From: Cyclobacteriaceae bacterium
Lineage (GTDB): Bacteria; Bacteroidota; Bacteroidia; Cytophagales; Cyclobacteriaceae
Assembly: GCA_028281285.1 (NCBI GenBank)
Contig: JANQKF010000031.1
Coordinates: 5,335-69,334 of the forward strand
DNA: 64,000 bases
Direction: 5' to 3'
The translations under genes were made by a program, and so were the position numbers. The first letter of the stretch is position 1. The number at the start of each line of letters is the position of its first letter. The notes beneath the pieces were generated by a model. The model saw only the letters and a program-made list of their open reading frames with translations. It was not told the DNA's origin and did not search any database. Positions 37,077 through 45,502 of this stretch are shown in pieces.

Positions 37077-37137
37077 TTATAGCGAAACAATGCGACTGCC
37101 TTTTTTTATGTCTTCTGATTTCTTATAATCAAAGGAT

Positions 37138-37554
37138 TTGAATTCAGTTGTAAAAACGATCCTCATTTTCTCCGGCCTCGCTATCCTGATATTCTTTCTG
37201 TTCGAGGTTAGTCAATTCTCTTTAAACCAGGCTACTGACTCCACAGAAGTTATTGTGGTGATTGCGGGTCTGCTTTTTATTGGCGTGGGTTATTTAATTA
37301 ATCGTTTGATGTCTCGGAAAAGAGACTATTCCATCGAAGTCGATAAAGAATTACTAAAAAACTCAGAATTAAGTAAACAGGAATATAAGGTACTCACCCT
37401 AATGGCTGATGGTCTTACCAACATTGAGATTGCTGAGCGACTTTTTATAGCTCCCAGCACTGTCAAAACCCATGTATCTCATATCCTGAGTAAGCTCAAC
37501 GCCAAACGCAGAACTGAGGCCGTAAAAATTGGGCGAGACCTCGAAATCCTGTAA
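37138..37554 (+). CDS. Membrane-anchored LuxR-family HTH regulator (2 TM helices, no receiver domain)
   Basis: Two hydrophobic helices, then LSKQEYKVL.LMADGLTNIEIAERLFIAPSTVKTHVSHILSKL. Confidence 0.88.
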   Translation: MNSVVKTILIFSGLAILIFFLFEVSQFSLNQATDSTEVIVVIAGLLFIGVGYLINRLMSRKRDYSIEVDKELLKNSELSKQEYKVLTLMADGLTNIEIAERLFIAPSTVKTHVSHILSKLNAKRRTEAVKIGRDLEIL

Positions 37555-37668
37555 ATTCTTAGAGGTTTAATCCCTTATCAAGCGTCACATTGACAAAAAT
37601 CACCCATTTGGCCGATGCATATGGAGCTATGTCAGGCTAAAATGCAGTTGGAATAAAAATCACTGATC

Positions 37669-38151
37669 ATGAAAAACTACATCATTCGATATGGTATTTA
37701 TGGAGCCTCTGTTTCGATTGCTCTTGGTATATTAAACTGGCTACTCCTGGCAAAACCATTCGGCCCGGGTCCGTCTCAAGCCGTTGGGTACATTTCAATA
37801 GCAGTATCCCTGCTTTGCATTCCACTTGGAATAAAGTACTTCAGGGATAAACTCAACAAGGGCAAGGTCTCAATAGGCAATGCCTTGAAGATAGGAACAG
37901 GAATTACGCTTGTTTCATCAGTTATTATGGGCCTCTATGGCATTCTCTTTTTTGCCATTGAAGGAGATAAATTCAATGAATGGCAAGCCAAGTGGATGAC
38001 GGAAGCACATATTGAACAGGCAAGGCAACAATCTGAGCAAATGGTAGCAGCAGTTGGTAGTCCGGTATTTCAGGGCCTGGTCATGTTTGCTATGGTCTTT
38101 ATTATGGGAATGATTATCAATCTAATTAGCTCTTTGATATTGAAAAAGTGA
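37669..38151 (+). CDS. DUF4199-like membrane protein
   Basis: RYGIYG...IPLGIKYFRDKLNKGKVSIGNALKIGTGITL; 4 TM helices. Confidence 0.75.
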   Translation: MKNYIIRYGIYGASVSIALGILNWLLLAKPFGPGPSQAVGYISIAVSLLCIPLGIKYFRDKLNKGKVSIGNALKIGTGITLVSSVIMGLYGILFFAIEGDKFNEWQAKWMTEAHIEQARQQSEQMVAAVGSPVFQGLVMFAMVFIMGMIINLISSLILKK

Positions 38152-38221
38152 AAGAATAGACAACACTTTTCGAACGAGATCGTATCTTACATAGATTATC
38201 AATGTATATCATTAAATAGGT

Positions 38222-38572
38222 ATGATCTCGTTTTCAAAATCACTGGTAGCCGCCTCCTCTAAACCCCTCATACTCGGTATTTTACAAGAAGGAACGTCTT
38301 ATGGCTATAAAATAATACAGCGTGTCAAAGAGCTCTCAAGCGGTCAAATCGAATGGTCCGATGGCATGTTATACCCGGTTTTGCATCGACTTGAAAAGGA
38401 TAAGTTGATCGAATCAAAATGGGTGCAATCCGAAGGAGGAAGGCACAGAAAATACTATGCAATTACTGAGGCCGGCAAAGCCGCACTGCATACTGAAAAA
38501 GAACACTGGGTAAGCATGAACCAAGTCATGCAAAACCTTTGGGCCCTTAATCCATCCACTTCAAACCAATAA
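38222..38572 (+). CDS. PadR family transcriptional regulator
   Basis: LILGIL....YGY.II......GMLYPVLHRLEK..LI...W....GRHRKYYAITEAG. Confidence 0.92.
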   Translation: MISFSKSLVAASSKPLILGILQEGTSYGYKIIQRVKELSSGQIEWSDGMLYPVLHRLEKDKLIESKWVQSEGGRHRKYYAITEAGKAALHTEKEHWVSMNQVMQNLWALNPSTSNQ

Positions 38573-38575
38573 ACA

Positions 38576-41251
38576 ATGAGCCTCGAAGATAAAATCAATC
38601 GATGGAGAAAAGGCCTTCGTAAGCACTCCGGCATGTCTGATGGATTTGTTGAAGAATTAGAATCACATATCCGCGATCATGTTCAACACCTTCTCGATCA
38701 GGGAATACCTGAAGACGAATCATTTAACATGGCCGTTCAAAAACTGGGAGATACTGCAGCGATGAATCACGATGAACAGTTGGTCAACTACAATAATGAT
38801 CGAAAGCGATTCCTCCCTCCCGGTCTCCTTCGAAATTTTATCAAAGTGAGTAGAAGACAATTCAAAAAGAATGTCCTGTTGAACGGAATCAATCTATTTG
38901 GACTTACCATTGCCTTTACCGCACTTCTGTTTATTGGTTTATTTCTCAATGATGAGCTCAGTTTCGAACGCCATCATAATGATGCCGAAAAAATTTACAG
39001 ACTGGGTTATGAGTTCACAGGTGAAAATGGAGTAACTGAAAAGCGTGCCTACACTTCCGGGATGTGGATTGACATGATCAAGGACAATCATCCTGCTATT
39101 GAGGAGACTGCACGTTTTTTAACACTCTCCTATGGCTACATGCGTAATGATAAACTCAATCGATCCTTTTATGATGAAAACATCTATTGGTCTACGCCTA
39201 ATTTCTTCGACTTTTTTGGCTTTGACTTTATTCTGGGAGATTCCGACAACCAATTGAATGATCCAAGTTCGTTGGTGTTGACCGAAAGCATGGCCAAACT
39301 TCATTTTGGTGAAGAAAACCCAATAGGACAACCTCTGCAATATGTTCGTCAGGGAAGATCCGTGAACTTGATCGTGACTGGAGTCATCAAAGACCCGCCC
39401 TCTAATACCCAGTTCCGACCAAGATACATCGCCCTGATGGATGCTATTGAAGGCATTTACGGAGAACATAACAGGGGCTGGACCAGAAGGAACCCTGCTC
39501 CAGGATATGTTTTTTCTTTTCTTAAATTGACAGATACAAATAGTATTGCGGCCATTGAAGAAGACCTCCAAGGCTTTTGGAATACTACCATCCCTGCTTT
39601 GGCGGATTTCATGAAGCCCACCTTTACTAAACTAGTAGACATCCATTTTAATCCTCCTATTAAATGGGAACAGGACACACCCATTTCGATGAGCTATGTC
39701 TACGGCTTGATGGTAGTTGCCGGCTTTATCCTGGTGATCGCACTTACCAACTTCATCAACCTCACCACAGCCCAGGGCACTAAACGTCAAAAAGAAATCG
39801 GTCTTCGGAAAACATTGGGTAGCAGCAAGAAACAGTTGCGTATTCAATTCTTTATGGAATCAGCAGGGTTAACAATGTTCTCATTGATCTGCGCTCTATT
39901 TCTGGTCTATCTACTGCTCCCCTATTTCAACGATTTGATAGAAAAGAACATCCAATTCACGGACGTATTATTCTCTCTCCTGATCCCTCTTGTCGCTTTT
40001 GCTCTATTGATTTCAGGCCTAACAGGTTTGTTCCCCGCCTTGTTCTTCACCAGGAAAATCAAGGATAATTTCAACCTTAATCAGTTCTTCAAGGCGGAGA
40101 AGTCAGGTACACTGGGAAGGAATGTGTTGGTCGTACTTCAATTCACCGTAGCACTGATGCTCATTATTTCCACCATCACGGTATTCAATCAATTGCAACT
40201 GATCAACAACGGCAAATTGGGTGAGAATCGAGAAGCTGTGATCGGTATTCGAACCTCAAGAATGGGAACCGACCAGCAGGCACAACGATATATCAACGAG
40301 ATTAATACCTATTCTCAAGTCGAGGCAACAACTTTGGGAATGCACCTCCCCCGACAAAGTGATTTTGGCAGAATCAACACTAAATATTTTGTGAGAGAAG
40401 TTGATGACGAAGCCCGGTTCTGGAACAAATTTGATGCCGATGGTGGATTCGCTAAAACCTACAATCTGGAGTTTTTGGCAGGCACTGATTTTAGGGAAAC
40501 CTATGATACTACCTCCTACATAATCAATGAGGCGGCAGTTAAGGATTTGGGAATAATTCCTTCTGAGGCAGTAGGCCTTTTTCTGAAGGAAGACAGTATC
40601 GCATATACCTATGGCAGGTCTGATGGGGTGGTTATTGGGGTAGTAAAAGACTTTGCCTACAAATCGATCAAGGAAAAAGTGGAACCCTTGGTGATTGCAG
40701 CCAATACATTAAGCGGAGGAGTACTGTCGGTCAAACTCGGAAGTGGGCCAAAACAGGCCACTATCAAGACACTGGAGGAGAAATGGCAAGAAATCTATCC
40801 AGGACGTCCATTTGAATACTGGTTTCTCGACAAGGAATTCGACAGGCTTTATCATCAAGAAAGACGTTTAGGGAAATTGATCCCAATGTTCTCAGGCTTA
40901 GCCATAGTTATTGCCTTGCTGGGGCTCTTTGCCTTAACAGCCTATATCTCTGAACTACGGAAAAAGGAAATTGGGATAAGGAAGGTTCTTGGTTGTTCTT
41001 CACGAGGCATATTAGCCTTGCTCAGTACTCAGTATCTAAAAATTATAGGCCTGGCAACGGTTATTGCAATACCAATCGCTATGATTGGGATGAACTACTG
41101 GCTGGATAACTTCACCTATCGGGTGAGCGTGGACGTTCTGGTCATAGTCGGATCTACCTTCTTTATTTTGATTCTGGCACTATTCACAATGGGAATCAAA
41201 TCGCTGAGGGCCTCCAAGGCAAACCCTGTGGAGAGCTTAAAATATGAATAA
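38576..41251 (+). CDS. Duplicated MacB-type ABC permease with N-terminal prefix domain (type 1-like)
   Basis: INRWRK...ELESHIRD...ESFNMAVQKLGD prefix; two periplasmic/FtsX halves (KEIGLRKTLG; KEIGIRKVLG); ends PVESLKYE. Confidence 0.9.
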   Translation: MSLEDKINRWRKGLRKHSGMSDGFVEELESHIRDHVQHLLDQGIPEDESFNMAVQKLGDTAAMNHDEQLVNYNNDRKRFLPPGLLRNFIKVSRRQFKKNVLLNGINLFGLTIAFTALLFIGLFLNDELSFERHHNDAEKIYRLGYEFTGENGVTEKRAYTSGMWIDMIKDNHPAIEETARFLTLSYGYMRNDKLNRSFYDENIYWSTPNFFDFFGFDFILGDSDNQLNDPSSLVLTESMAKLHFGEENPIGQPLQYVRQGRSVNLIVTGVIKDPPSNTQFRPRYIALMDAIEGIYGEHNRGWTRRNPAPGYVFSFLKLTDTNSIAAIEEDLQGFWNTTIPALADFMKPTFTKLVDIHFNPPIKWEQDTPISMSYVYGLMVVAGFILVIALTNFINLTTAQGTKRQKEIGLRKTLGSSKKQLRIQFFMESAGLTMFSLICALFLVYLLLPYFNDLIEKNIQFTDVLFSLLIPLVAFALLISGLTGLFPALFFTRKIKDNFNLNQFFKAEKSGTLGRNVLVVLQFTVALMLIISTITVFNQLQLINNGKLGENREAVIGIRTSRMGTDQQAQRYINEINTYSQVEATTLGMHLPRQSDFGRINTKYFVREVDDEARFWNKFDADGGFAKTYNLEFLAGTDFRETYDTTSYIINEAAVKDLGIIPSEAVGLFLKEDSIAYTYGRSDGVVIGVVKDFAYKSIKEKVEPLVIAANTLSGGVLSVKLGSGPKQATIKTLEEKWQEIYPGRPFEYWFLDKEFDRLYHQERRLGKLIPMFSGLAIVIALLGLFALTAYISELRKKEIGIRKVLGCSSRGILALLSTQYLKIIGLATVIAIPIAMIGMNYWLDNFTYRVSVDVLVIVGSTFFILILALFTMGIKSLRASKANPVESLKYE

Positions 41252-41362
41252 TACGGCCGGAATTACATAACCATCTAACAACTAGATTCTTAGGACTTTT
41301 CAATTGTTTTTGTTTTTGTTAAATTGATTCAGGCTTCGGCCGATCAACCAAAACTAAAAACA

Positions 41363-41857
41363 ATGAAAAGGGTGATTCTAACATTAGCCCTTCTGTGCTA
41401 TGCAGTTGGGTTAAGTGGCCAGGAATTCTCCGTTCCTAAAGGCTACAAATTCTCTAAGGCAGATGATTATGCCGAACACGAGTCCAACGTTGTGAAATGC
41501 TTCGACTGGCTCATGTCTACCCCAATGAATGAACAAACTTCAAAACGTGACAAGGCAAGTGCATACCTTGTTCAGTGGCTTATGGGCAGCCCAACCGTAA
41601 ATGTTCAGGTAAACAAAACGATTGCTCCATTTATGGAGAACGCTGATTTGCTTATGATCTTTATGGGAGGCTGGGCCAAATATGCCATCGAATCGAAGGA
41701 CAAAAGCAAGGTGGAAGGCAATCTCCATGGACTTAATGCAGTCATTGATTATTATCAGCAGAACAAGGCAGGTATTGGTCAAAACAAGGATATCGAGAAG
41801 TTCATTAAAATGAAGGGCAAGGGAAAACTAAAAAGCTTTATAGAGAAAAATGCTTAG
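41363..41857 (+). CDS. Secreted conserved hypothetical protein
   Basis: Signal peptide MKRVILTLALLCYAVGLSG; alpha-helical. ORF track start is 41324. Confidence 0.7.
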   Translation: MKRVILTLALLCYAVGLSGQEFSVPKGYKFSKADDYAEHESNVVKCFDWLMSTPMNEQTSKRDKASAYLVQWLMGSPTVNVQVNKTIAPFMENADLLMIFMGGWAKYAIESKDKSKVEGNLHGLNAVIDYYQQNKAGIGQNKDIEKFIKMKGKGKLKSFIEKNA

Positions 41858-41861
41858 CAAA

Positions 41862-41884
41862 AAAGGCCGGAAATTCCGGCCTTT
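41862..41884. terminator. Bidirectional terminator AAAGGCCGG-AAATT-CCGGCCTTT
   Basis: GC-rich hairpin between convergent genes, flanked by A and T tracts. Confidence 0.8.
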
Positions 41885-41886
41885 AT

Positions 41887-44463
41887 TTATTCATTCCTTA
41901 AGGTTTCAGCCGGATTCAGTCGCCTGATGTTTTTGATTTGGGTATTGATGGTCAAGAATGCCACGGCCAATAAAATGAGACCTGCCAATGATACCGGAAT
42001 CACGTTTATCGGCTCGTGATAGCCATAAACAGAATCCAAGAGCATTTCAATTACAAAAACAGAAAGCGTTCCACCCACAACAATAGCCGAGACCAAAATA
42101 ATTGCAAATCTGCGGTATACATTCTTTGACAGCTGGCTTAAGCTTGCACCCAACACTTTTCGAATGCTCAAGTCTTTTAATCGAGCTGAGATATTCAGGG
42201 ATACCAAACCAAATAACCCCATGGCCGATAGCAATACGCATAGACTTGCCGTGAAGATCATGATGTTCCGAATCCCATTCATTTCTTCAAAGTGGGCATC
42301 AAAGACAGATTCCTGAGGAAAAACGTTGTGGACATTCTCAGGATCCAGTTCATTCATAATTGCCGTCAATCGACTTTTCATTTCCAACACAGTACCTTCG
42401 GTCACTTGTACCGATGCGGTACTGAATAACGAATCACTCACTACCTGAAAAACTGCCGGGCGAATCACATCGCTGAAAGATGTAAAATGAAAGTCTTTGA
42501 CAATGCCCTGGATTCGAAAATTCGTACTATCTATCACCACTACGGGATCACCAGATATTTCAATCCCAAGTTGTTCGGCAAAAGTTTCATTTACCACCAA
42601 CAGATTTTGGTTGCTCACAATGGCTTCTTTGTCAAAAAATGAACCTTCGGTCAATTCCAACCCCAACATTTCGGCATAATTGCTCTCGGAGTAAAAAACA
42701 TGCGTATAAAGCTCATTATCGAGGTGAGTTACCTTTTTGCTTTCGTAGGCATTTCCGACATTTCCCCTACTGCCTGCTACTTCCAATACGTTTGGCAGTT
42801 TTTCAAATTCTGCTTTTAACTCCGAATAGCTCAATGTTGGAGGAATGGACACCACCAGCTTAGAATATTGATCATAACCCCATTCACGGGATTCATTGAC
42901 CGAATTGGTATGTACAAACATGACGCCCGCAACGATGGTGATCACTGCCAATGTCATCTGAAAGGCCAGCAGGAATGAGGTCAACCTTCTCTTCCCTCCT
43001 TTAATACTATCACCTCGAAAAATTACTGTTGGCTTAAACCCAGAAACATACAAAGCAGGATAGGCCCCTGAGGCAATCGTGATGAATACCAACAGCATTC
43101 CAAGAAAGTACCATAGATTGCGATGTTCAAAGAGATCAAGGGTGAGGTTACTTCCTGCAATTCCGTTAAAACCCGGAAGAAAAAAAGTGGAGGCCAGTAG
43201 GCACCCTACAAAAATGGATAGGGTACATAAAAGTAAATTCTCTGTAAGGAATTGAACAATCAACTGTGTGCGTTTTCCACCGATTACTTTCCTCACTCCT
43301 ATCTCTTTTATCCTTTTCATCGCCATTACAGTCGAAATATTGATATAGTTAAACGTGGATAGTAAGAGCATAAAAGCACCTATACAACTGAGCACGACAA
43401 TTGGTGCCATGGGTGGAGTACCACCAAAGCCATAATGCATCTCACGAGAACTGGTTGCAACCTCGGATAAGGGCAACAACCCCATTTTCTCATAAGGTGA
43501 CTTGGGAGTCAGCAAATTTTTATCCTCAATGATTGATTCCAATGACATCCCTAAATCATTTGCCTTACTCGATGAGTTTAGTAGTGTAAAAGCCCATGAA
43601 TTAGTGATCAACGGATCCTTACTCTTCTCAAAGTGCTCAAAATTCACGATCACCCCGGTCTGAAAACTCGAATTGTCAGGAGGATTTTCCATGACTGCAC
43701 CAATCGTAAATGCTTCCTTCTGACCATCTATCTCAATTGTGATTATCTTGCCTAAGGCAGATTCATTTCCATAGTAAGCCTTCGAGTGCGCCTCATCGAT
43801 AACAACAGTTCGGGGATCTCTTAGAGTCATGGGATCTCCTTCGATAAATTGGAAAGTAAAAACCTCAAATAAATTGGGATCGGCATAGCCAAAGAAGTTA
43901 CCGAATGAGGCATTTTCCGATTTAATCCTTCCATAACCATGGTTGTACCTTACGAGTTGTTCAACAGCAGGAATCCTGTCCACCACTTTCTTTGAAACAT
44001 CCAGACTTACAACACCATACCTTTGGAAATCACCTTCATCTATTCTGGTGGAGGTAAGCATATAAATTTGATCTGCATTCTCATGGAATCGATCTTTATA
44101 AAACCGGGACTCGATCCATTTAAATGCGACAATACAGCATCCCACAGCAAGTGATAGCCCAATGATATTGATTGTGGAAGGCATCCTCTGCTTCCACAAA
44201 TTCCTTAATCCTATTTTGAAGTAATTTTTGAACATAGCGACATTATTAAGTTTTTGAGTTCTTGTTCTTTTAATATTTGACCATTTGAAAAGTCGGATTA
44301 CATCCCAGGCAAAGGCCCTGCGTGCCTGCAATTCCCCCTTTTCTTCCAACCTCCAATAGAATAGCTCATGTGCGTCACCTTGCACCTGCTCACGAACCCG
44401 CGGACTGCAATACCAACCGAGGAATCGGTCGGGCCATTTTGGAGGTTTTAAAAGTTTGTTCAT
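41887..44463 (-). CDS. Duplicated MacB-type ABC permease with N-terminal prefix domain (type 2-like)
   Basis: PPKWPDRFLGWYC...QGDAHELF prefix; KEIGVRKVIG and DLSIRKVLG; ends PAETLRNE. Confidence 0.9.
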   Translation of the reverse strand: MNKLLKPPKWPDRFLGWYCSPRVREQVQGDAHELFYWRLEEKGELQARRAFAWDVIRLFKWSNIKRTRTQKLNNVAMFKNYFKIGLRNLWKQRMPSTINIIGLSLAVGCCIVAFKWIESRFYKDRFHENADQIYMLTSTRIDEGDFQRYGVVSLDVSKKVVDRIPAVEQLVRYNHGYGRIKSENASFGNFFGYADPNLFEVFTFQFIEGDPMTLRDPRTVVIDEAHSKAYYGNESALGKIITIEIDGQKEAFTIGAVMENPPDNSSFQTGVIVNFEHFEKSKDPLITNSWAFTLLNSSSKANDLGMSLESIIEDKNLLTPKSPYEKMGLLPLSEVATSSREMHYGFGGTPPMAPIVVLSCIGAFMLLLSTFNYINISTVMAMKRIKEIGVRKVIGGKRTQLIVQFLTENLLLCTLSIFVGCLLASTFFLPGFNGIAGSNLTLDLFEHRNLWYFLGMLLVFITIASGAYPALYVSGFKPTVIFRGDSIKGGKRRLTSFLLAFQMTLAVITIVAGVMFVHTNSVNESREWGYDQYSKLVVSIPPTLSYSELKAEFEKLPNVLEVAGSRGNVGNAYESKKVTHLDNELYTHVFYSESNYAEMLGLELTEGSFFDKEAIVSNQNLLVVNETFAEQLGIEISGDPVVVIDSTNFRIQGIVKDFHFTSFSDVIRPAVFQVVSDSLFSTASVQVTEGTVLEMKSRLTAIMNELDPENVHNVFPQESVFDAHFEEMNGIRNIMIFTASLCVLLSAMGLFGLVSLNISARLKDLSIRKVLGASLSQLSKNVYRRFAIILVSAIVVGGTLSVFVIEMLLDSVYGYHEPINVIPVSLAGLILLAVAFLTINTQIKNIRRLNPAETLRNE

Positions 44464-44798
44464 GTACTGAAAGAGTAACTGGTTCCTGGTTGGAGTTGTG
44501 AATAGAGGTTCTCTCGGGTTGATCGGATATAATCCAAGGTGCTTTTCCCAGCGGAAGTAAGGTAGTAGATGCGCTTTCTTCTTCCCCCTCTGGTATTGGA
44601 CGAACCTCCCATTTCTGAGCGCAACAGCCCTTTATCCTCGAGGCGGTTCATTACGGAATGCACCGCTGAAATATTGACCTCTCTTCCGGTTTGATCTAAA
44701 ATTTCCTTTAATACCGAAACACCATAGGCACCATCGTAGAGCACCCCTACTACCAAGAGCACTAATTCTTCGAGTTCACCGATATAAGTTCCTTTCAT
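44460..44798 (-). CDS. PadR family transcriptional regulator
   Basis: GELEELVLL...AYGVSV...SAVHSVMNRLEDKGLL...RGGRRKRIYYLT. Confidence 0.92.
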   Translation of the reverse strand: MKGTYIGELEELVLLVVGVLYDGAYGVSVLKEILDQTGREVNISAVHSVMNRLEDKGLLRSEMGGSSNTRGGRRKRIYYLTSAGKSTLDYIRSTRENLYSQLQPGTSYSFST

Positions 44799-44855
44799 AG
44801 TATTTTATTTACAAACATAGATCAAATCTATTATATCTATCCTTGTAAAACAAAT

Positions 44856-44927
44856 AGACAACATAATTTTAGATTAGGTTACAGAAAAAATAGTGCTGCA
44901 TGTAACCTTTTTTCAACCCATGCGACT
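44856..44927. promoter_or_regulatory. Back-to-back ECF-type promoter candidates (TGTAACC-N16-GACT on +; TGTAACC-N17-GTCT on -)
   Basis: TGTAACC at 44901-44907 (+) and 44877-44883 (-), each with an ECF-like -10 at 16-17 bp. Confidence 0.45.
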
Positions 44928-44956
44928 GTCGGGGTAAGAATCCTTATTTTTAATCT

Positions 44957-45502
44957 ATGGCAGACCAAAAACAGCAAACATTCATGAAGGCCTACGAGGC
45001 TTGCCATGATCAGTTTTTGCGCTATTGCACATCGCTTGCTTACGGAAAGATGGATGTTCAGGACTTAGTACAAGATGTTTTGACCTCTGCCTATCATAAT
45101 TTTGAGAAAATTGAAAATAAGGACCAGTTACTACACTACCTGATTCGGGCAGCCCGAAACCGATCGATCAGTTTATGGCGAAAAAGACGAAATCAGGATG
45201 AATTGACTGAATTGCACGCAGAGCGACTAACGGCTCAAGGCGTATCTCCCGAAACTGTTCTGGATATCGAATTGCTTTATAAGGCGCTTGATAAGCTTCC
45301 GGGCAAACAAAGGGATGCGCTTGTATTGTTTGAAATCAGCGGTTTCTCTATGAAAGAGATCGCTGAAATTCAGAACAGTACGGAAGGTGCAGTCAAAACA
45401 AAAATCAGCAGAGGAAGAGTAAAGTTGCGCGATCTAATGCAAGACCAGTCCCAGTCCTCTGTGCCAAGTCTATTAGAAACCCTTCAAACGATCATGTTAT
45501 GA
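44957..45502 (+). CDS. ECF-type RNA polymerase sigma-70 factor
   Basis: QDLVQDVL..AY...YLIRAARN region 2; LDKLPGKQRDALVLFEISGFSMKEIAEI...VKTKISRGR region 4. Confidence 0.93.
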   Translation: MADQKQQTFMKAYEACHDQFLRYCTSLAYGKMDVQDLVQDVLTSAYHNFEKIENKDQLLHYLIRAARNRSISLWRKRRNQDELTELHAERLTAQGVSPETVLDIELLYKALDKLPGKQRDALVLFEISGFSMKEIAEIQNSTEGAVKTKISRGRVKLRDLMQDQSQSSVPSLLETLQTIML

